A stretch of 21,975 bases of DNA from Rotaria socialis (taxonomy: Eukaryota). The stretch is taken from assembly GCA_905331295.1 (NCBI GenBank), contig CAJNYD010000039.1:310001-331975 (forward strand), written 5' to 3'. Below are positions 1 through 12,100 of the stretch, piece after piece (position 1 is the stretch's first letter; each line of letters starts with the position of its first letter). Made by a program: the position numbers and the translations under genes. The notes beneath the pieces were generated by a model. The model was not told the DNA's origin. It saw nothing but the letters and a program-made list of their open reading frames with translations, and did not search any database.

Positions 1-253
1 TTCTTTTTCTATATGTGCGTGCGCGTACAAGTTTCAAAAGATGTTTTTGGCCATCGATATATTATCGACAGTATAAAGATCAAATGTCTTCAAATATTTA
101 GCAAGTCACTCAGGAAGAATGATAATGTCGTTTGCTTAGGACATGATTAAATCTAGGTTATCGCATTATCGATTACTGATGTACGTCATCTGGCGTGAAA
201 GAATATTCTTACGCCTTTGAAATTATTTGGTTATGAAATTATTTTCTCACTCT

Positions 254-360
254 AGAGAAAAATTCGACTATGAGGAATCAACCAATGTATTACGAATGAT
301 CGCTGTGATATTTATAATGGTATCGGGTTATAGTTCGATCTCGTAGTCGATTTTATCTCT
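254..360. repeat. Short imperfect inverted repeat, possible ~110-bp MITE remnant
   Basis: 254-274 agagaaaaattcgactatgag matches the reverse complement of 340-360 (agagataaaatcgactacgag) at 18/21. The right end reads tctctg|ta, resembling a Tc1/mariner CAG..CTG/TA end; the left flank is degenerate. Confidence 0.4.
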
Positions 361-1671
361 GTATAATGACTAGAGCATCTTATATCGAATCATTTGAAAT
401 GAAACTTTTCTAATGTTATGAAGAGACGAAAAACTTCTGAGAAAAATAAAAAATAATATGACAATTACACTCAGGATTATAATAAGTTGAGCGGCAAAAA
501 CAAATTTGCAATTATCAAAATATTTCTATTAAGAAATATCAAGATTTTCTATAGTTACGAAACACAGTTTTATATACCTCACCGAGTCATTTGTCTTCCA
601 ATTACAAAACAATGCTACGCATTCTTTTATGACTTCTTGTGTAAGGTATATAATTATGTACGCATGTGTTGACGAATATCACAAGTTTCTTCTTGTTTAT
701 TGACGATAAGAAAAGGAATCCTGTTAATTTCATTTAATATTTGCAGCGATTTTAAGCGTATAGCAAAATGCTGATGTTGATCTAGTGCATAAACGAAGTT
801 TTAGTTAATCTGCTCTATTTGCATTGCTATGCCGTAAACTGATCGATAGAAAAAAAAATGGGTAAAGCATCGCGTGCCGTTGTTTGAACAAATTTTTAAT
901 CTTTTCTTTTCTCGTTCTTTCTTCAATCACAAAAATTAGAAAAAAAGACGAGATTTTTATTGTATATCAAGAGCCATTGTTTTATGATTTTTCTTCTTCT
1001 GCTCCTGTCTCATGTACTCGATAGTGTCTGTTATTTCTCAACAAAAGTAAATATTATGGAAAATTAAATGAAAGGAGCAAAAGATACACAATACAATTTT
1101 TTTCCATTATTTAAATTTTCTCTTTTTTAAAAACAACATTGATTGATGTCTAAACGCATACGAAAATATTCTTATGGTACGGTATTAACACTAACAATCA
1201 AATTAGTCTTTTTTTGCAACTCATACAATACGCAGAAGACTATTGGGTTTTCTACGAATCGCATGTATGAATAATCTGTATTATGGGCGACGCTATTTTT
1301 ATCAATACTTGGTATTTTTCGGAGATAAATCTTGATAATAATATGATTTGTGTCAAAAAAACCGAACTTATTTGATCTACGATTGGAAGTTAAAAGCCGA
1401 GTGATGAAAAATACGTTTCTTGATCAATTCTCACTGAAGAATCATTCGATCGAAAATCATCAAAACTGTGCCTAACTCGAAAAGGCAATGGTTATAAGCA
1501 TGGATTCATAGTTTTTTAGGTTATCTAGTCTCAAACAATTACGATTGACTAGACAAATCGTATTTAACGAATGCCTCAATAATTGAAACTGATGCAAGAG
1601 AATATGTCCGAAAATGAAATGTACAGCAAATAATATTCAGATAGCCCAGCATTCACATGCGAATAGTTTGA

Positions 1672-4600
1672 TCACTTTTTATGCATAGTATTATTCGTAT
1701 TCTTTTCTTTTTGTATATTTCGTTGCTGTCTTTTAACCCAGAATATAACAGTCAACATGGTCAATATAATCAACACACCAAGATAAATAACTAAAACTCC
1801 AACATTGATTCCGAAACGAGAATGTGAATTAAACAGAAGATGCCGACCACCATTCATTGCCTGATACAATGGTGTTGCGTATCCATAGCGAAAGAATCGT
1901 GGTGAAAGCTCAAGTGATATTTGAATGGTAGCAGCTGACACCATAATAATAACAATAGCCACAAGAAAAAGATTGGAAAATACGCCAAAATTTGTTAGAA
2001 AAAAAGCGACCATGACAGTCAATAAGGTAGTACATAACCAATTGAACATCCAATATCGCATAAACTGACGACCCGATGTGATGTGGAATAGCCAAAGAAC
2101 AACAAGAGAATAGATTAAAGAAACCATTAGCGATTGAAATATACCATTGAAGGCACGATATAAGATTATATCGATGTAATGAATTTTACCCACTAGTAAA
2201 AACACAAGTATCATATTACAATTGTTATTTTCAGAAAACAAATATACTATATTCGTGAGGGAGCTTTTCAAGAATGGTGAACAGGTAAATCTTTCTTTCA
2301 ATTTAGTAGGAAGTACGTGTTATACTTCAATGAGTACAGATTTCTCTTGCTTAAACATATGATCAATGATATTATAACGTACTTTTCAGCAAATCAGTCA
2401 ATTTTCACACGGTAAACTTCAAATACTACGTCCGTTTTTTTTTCTTAATTTTATCATGAGATAGAAAATATATGTTAAACGGAAAGCAAAACTAGATGTA
2501 TGTCATACTCTGGAAGATAATTGAAAAAGCTTTTTAGCGCAGCTCCGTTAGGGCTAAAATGTGGAACTCACATATTTCGGTCAGTTAGATACTGATCAAT
2601 GAAGTGTTTAGTGGTTTCATTGAGAGATATTCTGAATGATAATAGTTTAAACAGTATTTAGGATATAGTTATAAATATTGTTGAAAAATTTATATTTTTT
2701 CGTATTACTAGGTGAGAAATTGATACATTTTTTCATAAACGAAAATTTGATAAAAGCTTCCCAGTGGATAGAAAAGTTGCTAATTGTAAATACACTAAAG
2801 TGGATTCAAGCTCTAGAATTAGGTATTTGTGTGAGAAAAAAAAGATGAAAATCTTCATCTGTTTATTGTACGTGGTAGAAGTAACGAGTGTAATAGTAGC
2901 ATAAACTAGTTGCTAACATCTATAATAATAAAAATATATAGTACTGTCGTAACTATGGACTATTATAATAAAAACGACAGATTTTGATGATTAATTCGAG
3001 ATTAAATCCTAATTATAATGATTTCTAATTAGTGCATACAGGGGAGCCGCAGAAACCTAACAATTCAACTTACACTCGCTATTTTCTTCGAAAATATATG
3101 TGAGTTCCACAAAACTTAAAATTATCCTATTTACATTTTGTTATTTATGGCAAAGCTTACAACTTTTACAGAAATGTAGCTCTATAATCGAAACCAAAAA
3201 TAACCCCAATGCATCAAATTCCTACAATATTATAGCAGTTTTACTAGACTTTCATAAATATATTCATTTTATATTTTGCGAAAGCACTCCTTCCTCGTAA
3301 AATTTACACATTTATATTCAAATAATATCTTTCTAGGCAAATCGTAGTTCTCATTTTTATAAAGTTACTGAAAATACAAATCAAATAATTGCAGACAATT
3401 ACATAATCTTTAGTGAAAAAGTGATGCTCATAGAAGCATGTAACTTCATTGAAAATATACGATGACAATATTAGCTAAAGATTAGTAAAGTCACTATAAA
3501 ATTGTATACTTATATCAATTAACTATCTATCTATCTGTTTCCCATAAATAATAGTATATATTCACTAAGTTGATTTAAAATTTGCCTCCCTGAATCATTT
3601 TTCATCTAGAGATTCTTCTTTTTACAGATCAGACCAGTTAATCTTCAGGCGTAATTTGGCAATATTGACTAAAGCTAAGATTTTTATCCAATCGATATCA
3701 ATATAAATGATAGGATCGATTTTCTCAAAACGTAAATGTCTCTTTTCAGATAAAAAAACACCTAGTAAATAATGAGGAAACGATAAATCTTACTGAAAGG
3801 TTTTAAGCCACCAATGACCGAGCCAACCATAATCGTTGTCACTAAAAAGAAATAAATGTAGCCGATTGTTGTAGCGAATTGACCTAAATCAAACAAAACA
3901 AATCATATTAGATATGCAATAGAACGATGCTTATCTATGTTCTTTCATAGCTAAGAAATATACTAATATATTATTTCTACTGAAAGAACACGTTTAGAAT
4001 TTTTTCTAGTTTAAAGAATATTAGAATCAAACGGACCCATGAAAGGAAGAGCGGGATGAAGATTATTGTATTCTGCAACAAATGGATTGGCAAGAAGAGA
4101 TTGAAGACGTAGCGTATTCTGTAATTGCAATGTTCGATTAGTATTTGAGTTAGACGTTAAAGATAAATTGGAAATAATTGATGCACGTAGTGTGTTAGCA
4201 TATCGATTGCTCGCTACTGCAATAGCTGCACGAATAGGTGGTAATACAAAACTATTTTGAGTAAACGAATTTCGTCCTTCTTCATAGGTAACAAGCACTG
4301 GCAGCGTGTTAACAAATGGATAGGTAACTAATGTTGTCGAATTGATAAGAGCGAGTACAGATTTATTAATAATTGATGTTGTGTTTGGTAGAAGTACGAC
4401 AATGGCCCAAACTTGTCCATCCTCGACAGCTTGCTGAGTTTGACGAACACTATTACCATAATCATCAGGATACTTGTATCGCCAGTGTAAAGTCAAATTT
4501 CCAGGTGGTGTTGTGCGAAAAGCATCAAGAAAAAAGCTACCTGCTTGTTGACCATCGAAGTCAACCACGTCAACATCGATGTTGCCTGTGTATCTGCTCG

Positions 4601-4811
4601 GATTATGTCCAGCACCTAGATAAAACGCACACATTACAAATATGAGTAACCAAAGTGGAACATATCCAATAAGCCATTGGTATGCAAAAGCAACACGTAG
4701 CTTTTTAATATCTTTTCGCGATGACCACACATGAACAAAGTCGAAATTCGCTGTCGAATTCAACGTCGAGATGTGAGCGCGCGTACGAGTCAATTGTTGA
4801 CGTTTTAGCAT
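1672..4811 (-). CDS. SNG1: SNG1-like (DUF3533; ABC-2-type permease-like) multipass membrane protein, paralog A, ~461 aa, 3 exons: 4811-4037, 3883-3794, 2192-1672
   Basis: Splices are phase-consistent: G|gtccgt...tttag|GT (FMG-QFATTIGY) and A|gtaag...actag|TG (KPF-MGKIHY). Motifs YLGAGHNP, VDVVDFDG, VEDGQVWAIV, YEEGRN, FMRYWMFNWL and LELSPRFFRYGYATP resemble fungal Sng1/DUF3533 proteins (recognised from family knowledge, not a search). Topology: TM1, large luminal loop, ~5 TMs. The start at 4811 (MLKRQQ) is inferred. Confidence 0.8.
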
Positions 4812-5013
4812 GAATAAAAAGTAAATAATGAGATTCATATATAGACAGGCACAAATAGTGAGACGCAATCAACAAGTCACGCTTCGATATACCCGGCTCA
4901 CATGTACATACCGATAAGAATCGATATAAACACAATTATTGACGACGACTTCGATAGATTCATTTTCATTTATATTTATATTTATCGTTATCCATAGGGA
5001 AAAAATACCTTCA
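4812..5013. promoter_or_regulatory. Putative bidirectional promoter/5' UTR region between the divergent SNG1-like paralogs
   Basis: Only ~200 bp separate the inferred ATGs (4811 on -, 5014 on +). No core promoter element was confidently identified. Confidence 0.45.
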
Positions 5014-6887
5014 ATGTTTGTTGCTGACCAAAGTCAGTCATCACTACCACATCTGTGGTCTAGCGGTGCCGGTATGAATGTAGTACGGCGAACTCTTTTC
5101 ATCCATACGATTCGTGTCTGTATCATCGTCTGGATCGTCACTTTTCTCATTGCAATAATTTATCTTGGCAGCGGCAGCGTACGTGGTTTGTCTAGTATAC
5201 TTTAATATTTAATATATCCGATATTGTCCCGCTAGAGATGCAATTTATTCGTTTTCTTCAAATCATATTTCATAAATTAAATGTGTCACAATTAAAGTTT
5301 CTTCGCTATGAAATAGATTATGGATAGAAGATAATATTTTCCAAGAGAAATGAAAACTTCGTTTCAAATCAAGAGCAAATTCCCTAAAATGCGAATTGTA
5401 TTCAACTGGCGCTATTGAACATGATCATTACGTTATGTTGTATCTTTAACTAGACAACAGTACATTCCATGTACAGAAATTTGAGTCTTCTCATTTGAGC
5501 GTTGTTAGAAATAAAAATACTGATGGTAAACTGATCGAAAGACATAATCGCGTCATAGAAAACATGCGATCTTAGCGCACCAAATTGATTAACAGTATTA
5601 AGATCTAAAAAAAAGTAGTTCGAGCAGTAAAACGATGAGTATTTATACCTATATCAAATGTTCTTCTTCTGATTTGAACCGTTTCATTGAGGTTCATTTG
5701 CATCTTTATCACAGGATCCTTATAGTCGCACGCGTTCACTTGATGTATATGTTATCGATTTGGATCATGATACTGCAGGTAGCTACTTTCTCACTGCCTT
5801 CCATCAAACTCCACCTGGTAACTTAACACTTAATTGGATTTTCAAACAACCTTCCGAATTTCCATCAGGTTTCGCCGATAAAGTTGAGAATGGAAAGGCT
5901 TGGGCGGTTGTTTATATGCATTCAAATATTACTGCTCGTGTTAATCAGATCATTGAATCGATTTTGTACGGATATTCATACAACTCGATCTCCTACATAC
6001 CTTCATCAGCAGTAAACATTGTTTATGACGAAGGTCGCAATCCAAATACTGTCGATGGGTTCACTTTACCTCCCATTCAAATAGCTATCGCTACTGCTAG
6101 CGCTAACTATGCTGCCTACATACAAGCTCGTATTGATTCCTATTCAAATGCAACATTCAACACTGTTATGATGGCTGTGTCACTGTCTCAAATTATCTCG
6201 TCGCCTATCGGTTTCACCAATGTGAATTTGCATCCAGCATCTTCCTATGCTAGATCACTCGCTACTGGTCTTGGCTATCTATTTCTATGGCTAATTATGA
6301 CCGCTCTTGTAACAGTAAACATACGCATCACGACCCCGCTGGTTAAAAAAATAAAACTCATCGATATTGCCATAATACGCATTTTAAGCGCTATCTTTAA
6401 TAGTCTCATTATTTCACTAATCTACAGTTTATGCGTTCTCTGGTTCGGCAACTTCACCGACGCAATACCATTCATTAGATTTTGGCTATTCAATTGGCTT
6501 GCCGCCTACACATGCGTATCTATAATAGCTCTTTTCAGTCTTAATTTGGGAGTAATGGCTCATATTGTATTGATACTGTTTCTTATTCTTAATTTCTCAA
6601 CAGCAGGTTCAAGTTTGGCTATTGAACTTCAATATACATTCTATCGTATTGGCTAAGGTTTACCTCTCTTTCATTGTTTGAGTGCTGGCCGTTATCTACT
6701 TTTTGGCTCACATACTAGATTTGGCGTTGATGTGGGCACATTGATTGTTTACTGTACTATTTGCATTCTGTTGACAATTATCACTAGCGCGATCCGTATG
6801 CATAAACAACAAAAACTAATCACTAAGAATAAACACGAAGAAATCTTCAAGAAAAAAAAAACTATCAATAAAGCATGGGCACGTTAG
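5014..6887 (+). pseudogene. SNG1: SNG1-like (DUF3533) paralog B, 2 exons (5014-5178, 5715-6887), in-frame TAA at 6654-6656 (nonsense allele, young pseudogene or base-call error)
   Basis: Phase-0 intron AGC|gtacgt...cacag|GAT joins YLGSGS to DPYSRTRSLDVYVIDLD, matching paralog A YLGAGH-NPSRYTGNIDVDVVDFD. Both share TPPGNLTL(N/H)W, Y(D/E)EGRN, LPPI and SLIYSL. The frame reads FYRIG*GLPLFHCLSAGRYLLFGSHTRFG, colinear with paralog A FFRYGYATPLYQAMNGGRHLLFNSHSRFG. Confidence 0.75.
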
Positions 6888-7417
6888 TGTTAATAATCGT
6901 ATATAAAAACTCTCAACGGTAGTGACTATTGTGCAACTGTGAATGATCATCAATATTTTCATCGAATGCATAAATACATTTTGCTCAACTTCGTTTTTTT
7001 CTCCTTACACTATTTGCTTTATCTTCATTATTATACTCAATGCTCACGTATGAAATAAATATGATTTAACGGTCTCGGTGTTGCTGCTGAGTGCGGGTGT
7101 GGTGAGGGGGTAAATTCGATTCAAAAATTAGAACATATTCGGATTATATGGGGATGCATCTATATGTGTTAAAGTGAAGCAAGAAACATGACGAGTGATT
7201 CATTCAATATTTACTTTTACTTTAATCCTCGTCTTCTATCATTAAAAATTGATCTTTGACTAAATGCATTCACACTGAATGAATCTTTGAGGTTATATTA
7301 AAACTGTAGTTCAATGTCTACGATAAAATTTTCAGTCGTCTGTTAGAAAGAATTTATATACATGAAATACAACAAAAATTATGAATTTTCTAAAAGCAGT
7401 ATTTTTTGTGGAATAGG

Positions 7418-7569
7418 CAAGGGGGAAACGACGGACTTGAAGTAGAAAAGTAGGCTACTTGAAGTCGCTCAAAGTACCACCCAAGTAGCCCAAAGTAGGA
7501 ACAAGTAGCGTAAGGTAACCTCAAATAACTTCAAGTCCAAAAGTTCAAAAGTCTGCCGTTTCCCCCTTG
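7418..7569. mobile_element. 152-bp non-autonomous DNA transposon (MITE), 21-bp TIRs and 8-bp TSD; P-element- or hAT-like
   Basis: Left TIR caagggggaaacgacggactt vs reverse complement of the right end caagggggaaacggcagactt (19/21). Flanks ggaatagg (7410-7417) and gaaatagg (7570-7577) match at 7/8. The interior is made of repeated AAGTAG-like units. Confidence 0.8.
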
Positions 7570-9126
7570 GAAATAGGTGAGAGCCGAACTTCTAAAACAT
7601 CATAGCAAGGAAAAAATATGCTCCATACAAAGCCAAGTCATTTATCAAAGACAAAATTTTGAGCTCTCTTCGCATGTATTTAATCTATTACTGTCTTTTT
7701 TTCACACACACACACAACATAGAATATCTATTTGTCATTATTGAATAATAGATAATCCTATTTCATGTTTGATCTTCCGATAGCTAATATTATTATTTAT
7801 CGATTGGTATCATATTTCTTTATAATATTCTTTCAATCGATAACGAGGTTACGCTTATGTTTTTTCCATTCATTCGAACAGTTGCATATTAGTCTTGATT
7901 CGTATATTATCGTCTTTATCTATCATTGATACTATTATGTCACAAATTCACAATAATTCTCTTACGATAAATCCATGTCGATGACTATTGAATCTTTTTA
8001 TATAATAAGATTATACTCAAACTATTGAAATGAACATATTTTTTAGGTAATTTTTGGAGTTATTTCATCATAACTTCAAACGATTTCGATGATCATTTGT
8101 TTAAAATTTAATCATTTCGTGTTATTCTATGTGATGAAAGGATATCATTATCGATCTCATTATTTAACTGATCAGCTATTGTTTAGATGCAACAAAAGGT
8201 ACACGTCGTCAATGATTGAATTTTTACACTTTAATTTTAGATGCACGTGCTTGTTCTTCAAAAATTGTTCTCGCTAAACTTTGTTTTACCTTGAATTGTA
8301 TGTCTAGACAACACAATCGGGATACGGAATTTCTATTATTATATTCATATTGATACTATTGTTGGATTCTTTGATAGAGATTATGTCAGATTTTATAAAT
8401 TTGAAAAAAGTGAAATCGAAAAATATTACATCAAAATAAAGAAGAATCACGCAACATATCTTTTAGATATCAATTTCAATATTTTATTTCTGCAAACGCA
8501 TAATGATCTATTGTCATTTGTGCATTGCGGACTGATTATTTACCCGGACGTTAATCATGAGTAGAAGAATATGAATGATAAAAGAAACAAAAATCATATA
8601 TAAATAAGATAGAGAGAAAACAAAAAGAACGAAAAGATCTGAGCTTTCGTTCTCTTCTTCATACAGGATTAATCTGTACACTGATGGTGATTTTTATGTA
8701 TGACATGTTCTTTTTACTTGTCTCGTTGCTTTGTTGAACATGTCGCCGTCGTCGCGTCATTTCTATCAAAGTTTGTTTCAAGAAAATATGTACGTATTAT
8801 ATATGTTTAACTAAAGACAAAAGTCAATTCATTAATTTTGACCTAATTACGATCGTAGATCTAGAAATACTATCAAACAGATATAGTCATACATTGTCAT
8901 TAGATTGCGTCTATCTTGACAGACGGTACGATACGCAACAAGTTGTTATTGTTATTGTTATTATTATTACTATCATTGTTATTAGCATCACAACGATTGC
9001 AAAAGAAATACAATTATTGCTTATTTCATCCATTATGTTTTACGTATCGATCTAATTAATCATTCGTAGGTTATATATATTATGTTTATTGGTACGACAA
9101 GAATAAATAGACAGTATTCAAAATAA

Positions 9127-12100
9127 ATGACGAATTTCAAAATAATATTTCTTTTTTTATGGATGTTTTTTATTCAAAAATCAATGACACAAAATCCACC
9201 TGCTGTACCGTTGACAAGTAAATCCAAAAAATAAAATTTTCCATATGAATATTTTTCTTTGTTTTTAATAGATGCTTTAACGGCTATTTATTGTCATAAT
9301 GCTCAAGACGCTGGTTTAATGACAATTAATTGTCGAACAAATGAAAAAATTCGTATGCTGGATGCATTTGATGTTGTTGTCAAAAATAAATCTCGTTTAC
9401 CATTGCAATGTTTAACACAAAAACATTTCTCAATGATCTACGGTGATAATACTAATCATGATGATTGTAAAGTTCACACGAGTTTTACATCGGCTTGTTC
9501 AGGACGAGAAAATTGTACATTACATATGCAGCCAATACGTTTAAACAGTGCTAATAAAACTTGTCATAATGAATTAGTCGATTATACAATGGCTTTTTTT
9601 GAATGTATATCAGGTAGAAAATTTATTATTTAAATATGAATTAGACAAGAAATAATCAGAGATTGTATTCAGCATGTTCATTCATTTATGACCTTTGAAT
9701 GGTCATAGCTATGCAAATTAATATGATCAAAAGAGCTAACAGTTCGGCGACGTATAAAAAGGTGTAGCTTGAGAAAAGTTTGAATAAAAAACACTGACAA
9801 AACGTTGAATGACAAGTTGTTCGAAAAGCAGAATTTTGATATTAAAAAAAAAGAAGGAGATGGCGCTAGAATTTTAAGCGAGAACTCCAGCTTTCATAGC
9901 AAAATGAATATTTTTACTTTTGTTTTAATGGATATAGTAGCGTTTGAAATGTTATAAAGATTATTGAATAATAGTGACTAGTTCTCAGACTAGTGATCTT
10001 TTGATCCGTAGACAGTTAAATAATATACACTATAGAATTCACTTTCAAATGTGTAACTAGCCTAGAAAAAGCCCTTAGGAAATTTAGTGACCTTTCGTCT
10101 TCTTCTCTTTCAAATGGTGCTATTAAAAAAAAACAATTGATTCTCAACAATTATTTACTGTTGTTTTAATGTTGTTCAGTATTATAATTCTACAGATGAT
10201 GATTTTTGTTTCTAATAGATATCTCTATTCATGACATATGCTCAACGCAAACAGTGACTTCTCGTTGGGGTACATTGAAAACACCAAATTTTCCCAATCC
10301 TTATACATCAAGTAATGATTGTTGGTGTAAATTATCAACACAATTACAACATCGTATTTTACTTTCTGTCATTAATTTTCAATTGATTCCTTATGACCGT
10401 TCGTATTTAATTTATTACAAAAAGCTGTATCGATATTCTTTGAAACATTTTTTTCTCTTGTAATCTTTAGAAAAATGCGTGGCTGCTGGACTTTATTTAC
10501 AGAGTAGTGATGAACAACGAAGTACTCAATGTACTTATTTAAAAGGAGGACATAACTATTTAAGTGATTCTAATACATTATATCTCAATTTCTATAGTCG
10601 TACACCCACTGTACGTGGAGGATTTTGGCTTGTTTATGAAGGTTCGCATGTTCACTTTCTTATTGAATAGTAAGAAAATTTTCTTTTCATTCAAGGAAGT
10701 CATCCTAATGCTGAAGTTCATTTACATTGCGGACCAAGACATCTCGTTGGTGTTGCATCAGATACAACATCCTTACCGATATCTATTAAATTGCCACCAG
10801 CTTCATCATTATTTAATTATGGTTGGAATCGTTTAGCATTCAATAATCCACCAAATTCAACAACACAAATCAAGGATGCTATGACACATGTGCCTTCAAT
10901 ACTTACTACACCTCGACTAATTCAAAATACATATCCTAGTGAGTATTGTATTCTAATCTTAATCGAAGATAAAATAATAATGATATTGTCTAATGACTAA
11001 TTATTTTCTTTAGAACCTGATCTACCGGTAAAGCCAGTTGGTGCATTTACATATCGGCATGGTAATCTAACGGTGTTCGATTTAGCTTATGGGCCAAACG
11101 GATGGTTTCTTAAATCTCCATCTACCACTACATCAAATACCACAGAGACTAAATTTCTACAAACGACAACTGAATTGCCAGAAGTAAAATGGAATTCTAC
11201 TTGGCGTTATACGCGACGATCATGGTCAAAAGCACTTACGTCGGCAACAAAAATAACATCAACTACTGCTACTACTACTACTACTACTACTACTACAACA
11301 ACAAAAACGACTACTACTAGTACTACTACCACTACTAGTACTACTAGTACTACTACTACTAGTACTACTAGTACTACTACTACTACAACAACAACAACAA
11401 CTACTACTACTACTGCTGCAACGACAACTTCTACTTCTACGGCGATAACAAAAGACGCACTGATAGGTAAGTATTTTTCCTTGGAATTAAAATAAAAAGA
11501 GTGAAAATTTTACAGAAAGTGTTGAATTTCTAGAATCAATGATTTTAATGACACCTTCAAGTACTTCTACTATTATAACTACTGAACAAAACACTATGCC
11601 GCTCTCAACCGCAACAATATCTGCATCTAGCGTTGACAGTACTACTGTTAAAAAAAGTTTATTATTCACTTTTCAACCGCGGATACATGTCATTTCTAAT
11701 AGTACTGAACCTTCGACAATAATAAAATCAAACATAGCATCAATGATACAATTACCAGCATCATCATATACTTTAAAAAGTACATTAGCTCCGGCAACTC
11801 CTTGGTATGAACCTGATGGCTCATTTGATTGGTGGCAACGGCAATGGTATGCAACGATATTTAAAAGGCCAGCGTCAAGTGTTGTTACCACTATCGAAAA
11901 ATTAAAACCTTCTACACAAATAACAACAACAACAGCAACAACAACTACTACTACCACTACTACCACCACCACTACTACTACTAGTGCTATTACCGCTACT
12001 ACCGAAAGTATCATCTATTCAACAAATCCAAGAAATCCAGTAACTATCAATTATAAAGAGAAAACAACAATTGATTGGTTTCAATGGCCTTCAGTTGAAT

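Noticed and set aside
487..672. Short ORFs in AT-rich non-coding DNA (also 3100-3300, 8089-8277, 16454-16726, 16798-17153, 21086-21352)
   Set aside because: No homology cues or supporting splice structure; several use non-ATG starts or lie in introns or repeats.
3037..3595. tacagggg at ~3037 as a possible Tc1/mariner terminus inside the 1.6-kb intron
   Set aside because: No convincing matching inverted end; only a weak ccctga at ~3588.
7430..7550. Short periodic repeats as a possible CRISPR-like array
   Set aside because: Units are ~6-10 bp without unique spacers and lie within a TIR/TSD-bounded element in eukaryotic DNA.
8740..9070. Possible extra 5' coding exons of the lectin-CUB gene (MSPSSRHFYQSLFQEN|gtacgt; poly-Leu/Val-Ile stretch at ~8942-8990)
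   Set aside because: No phase-consistent stop-free join to the main CDS was found. The hydrophobic run is a (TTG/TTA) microsatellite, and 9127 already supplies a signal peptide. May be 5' UTR.
11673..12014. Minus-strand poly-Val ORF (and 11487-11669)
   Set aside because: Antisense shadow of the poly-Thr coding repeat on the + strand.
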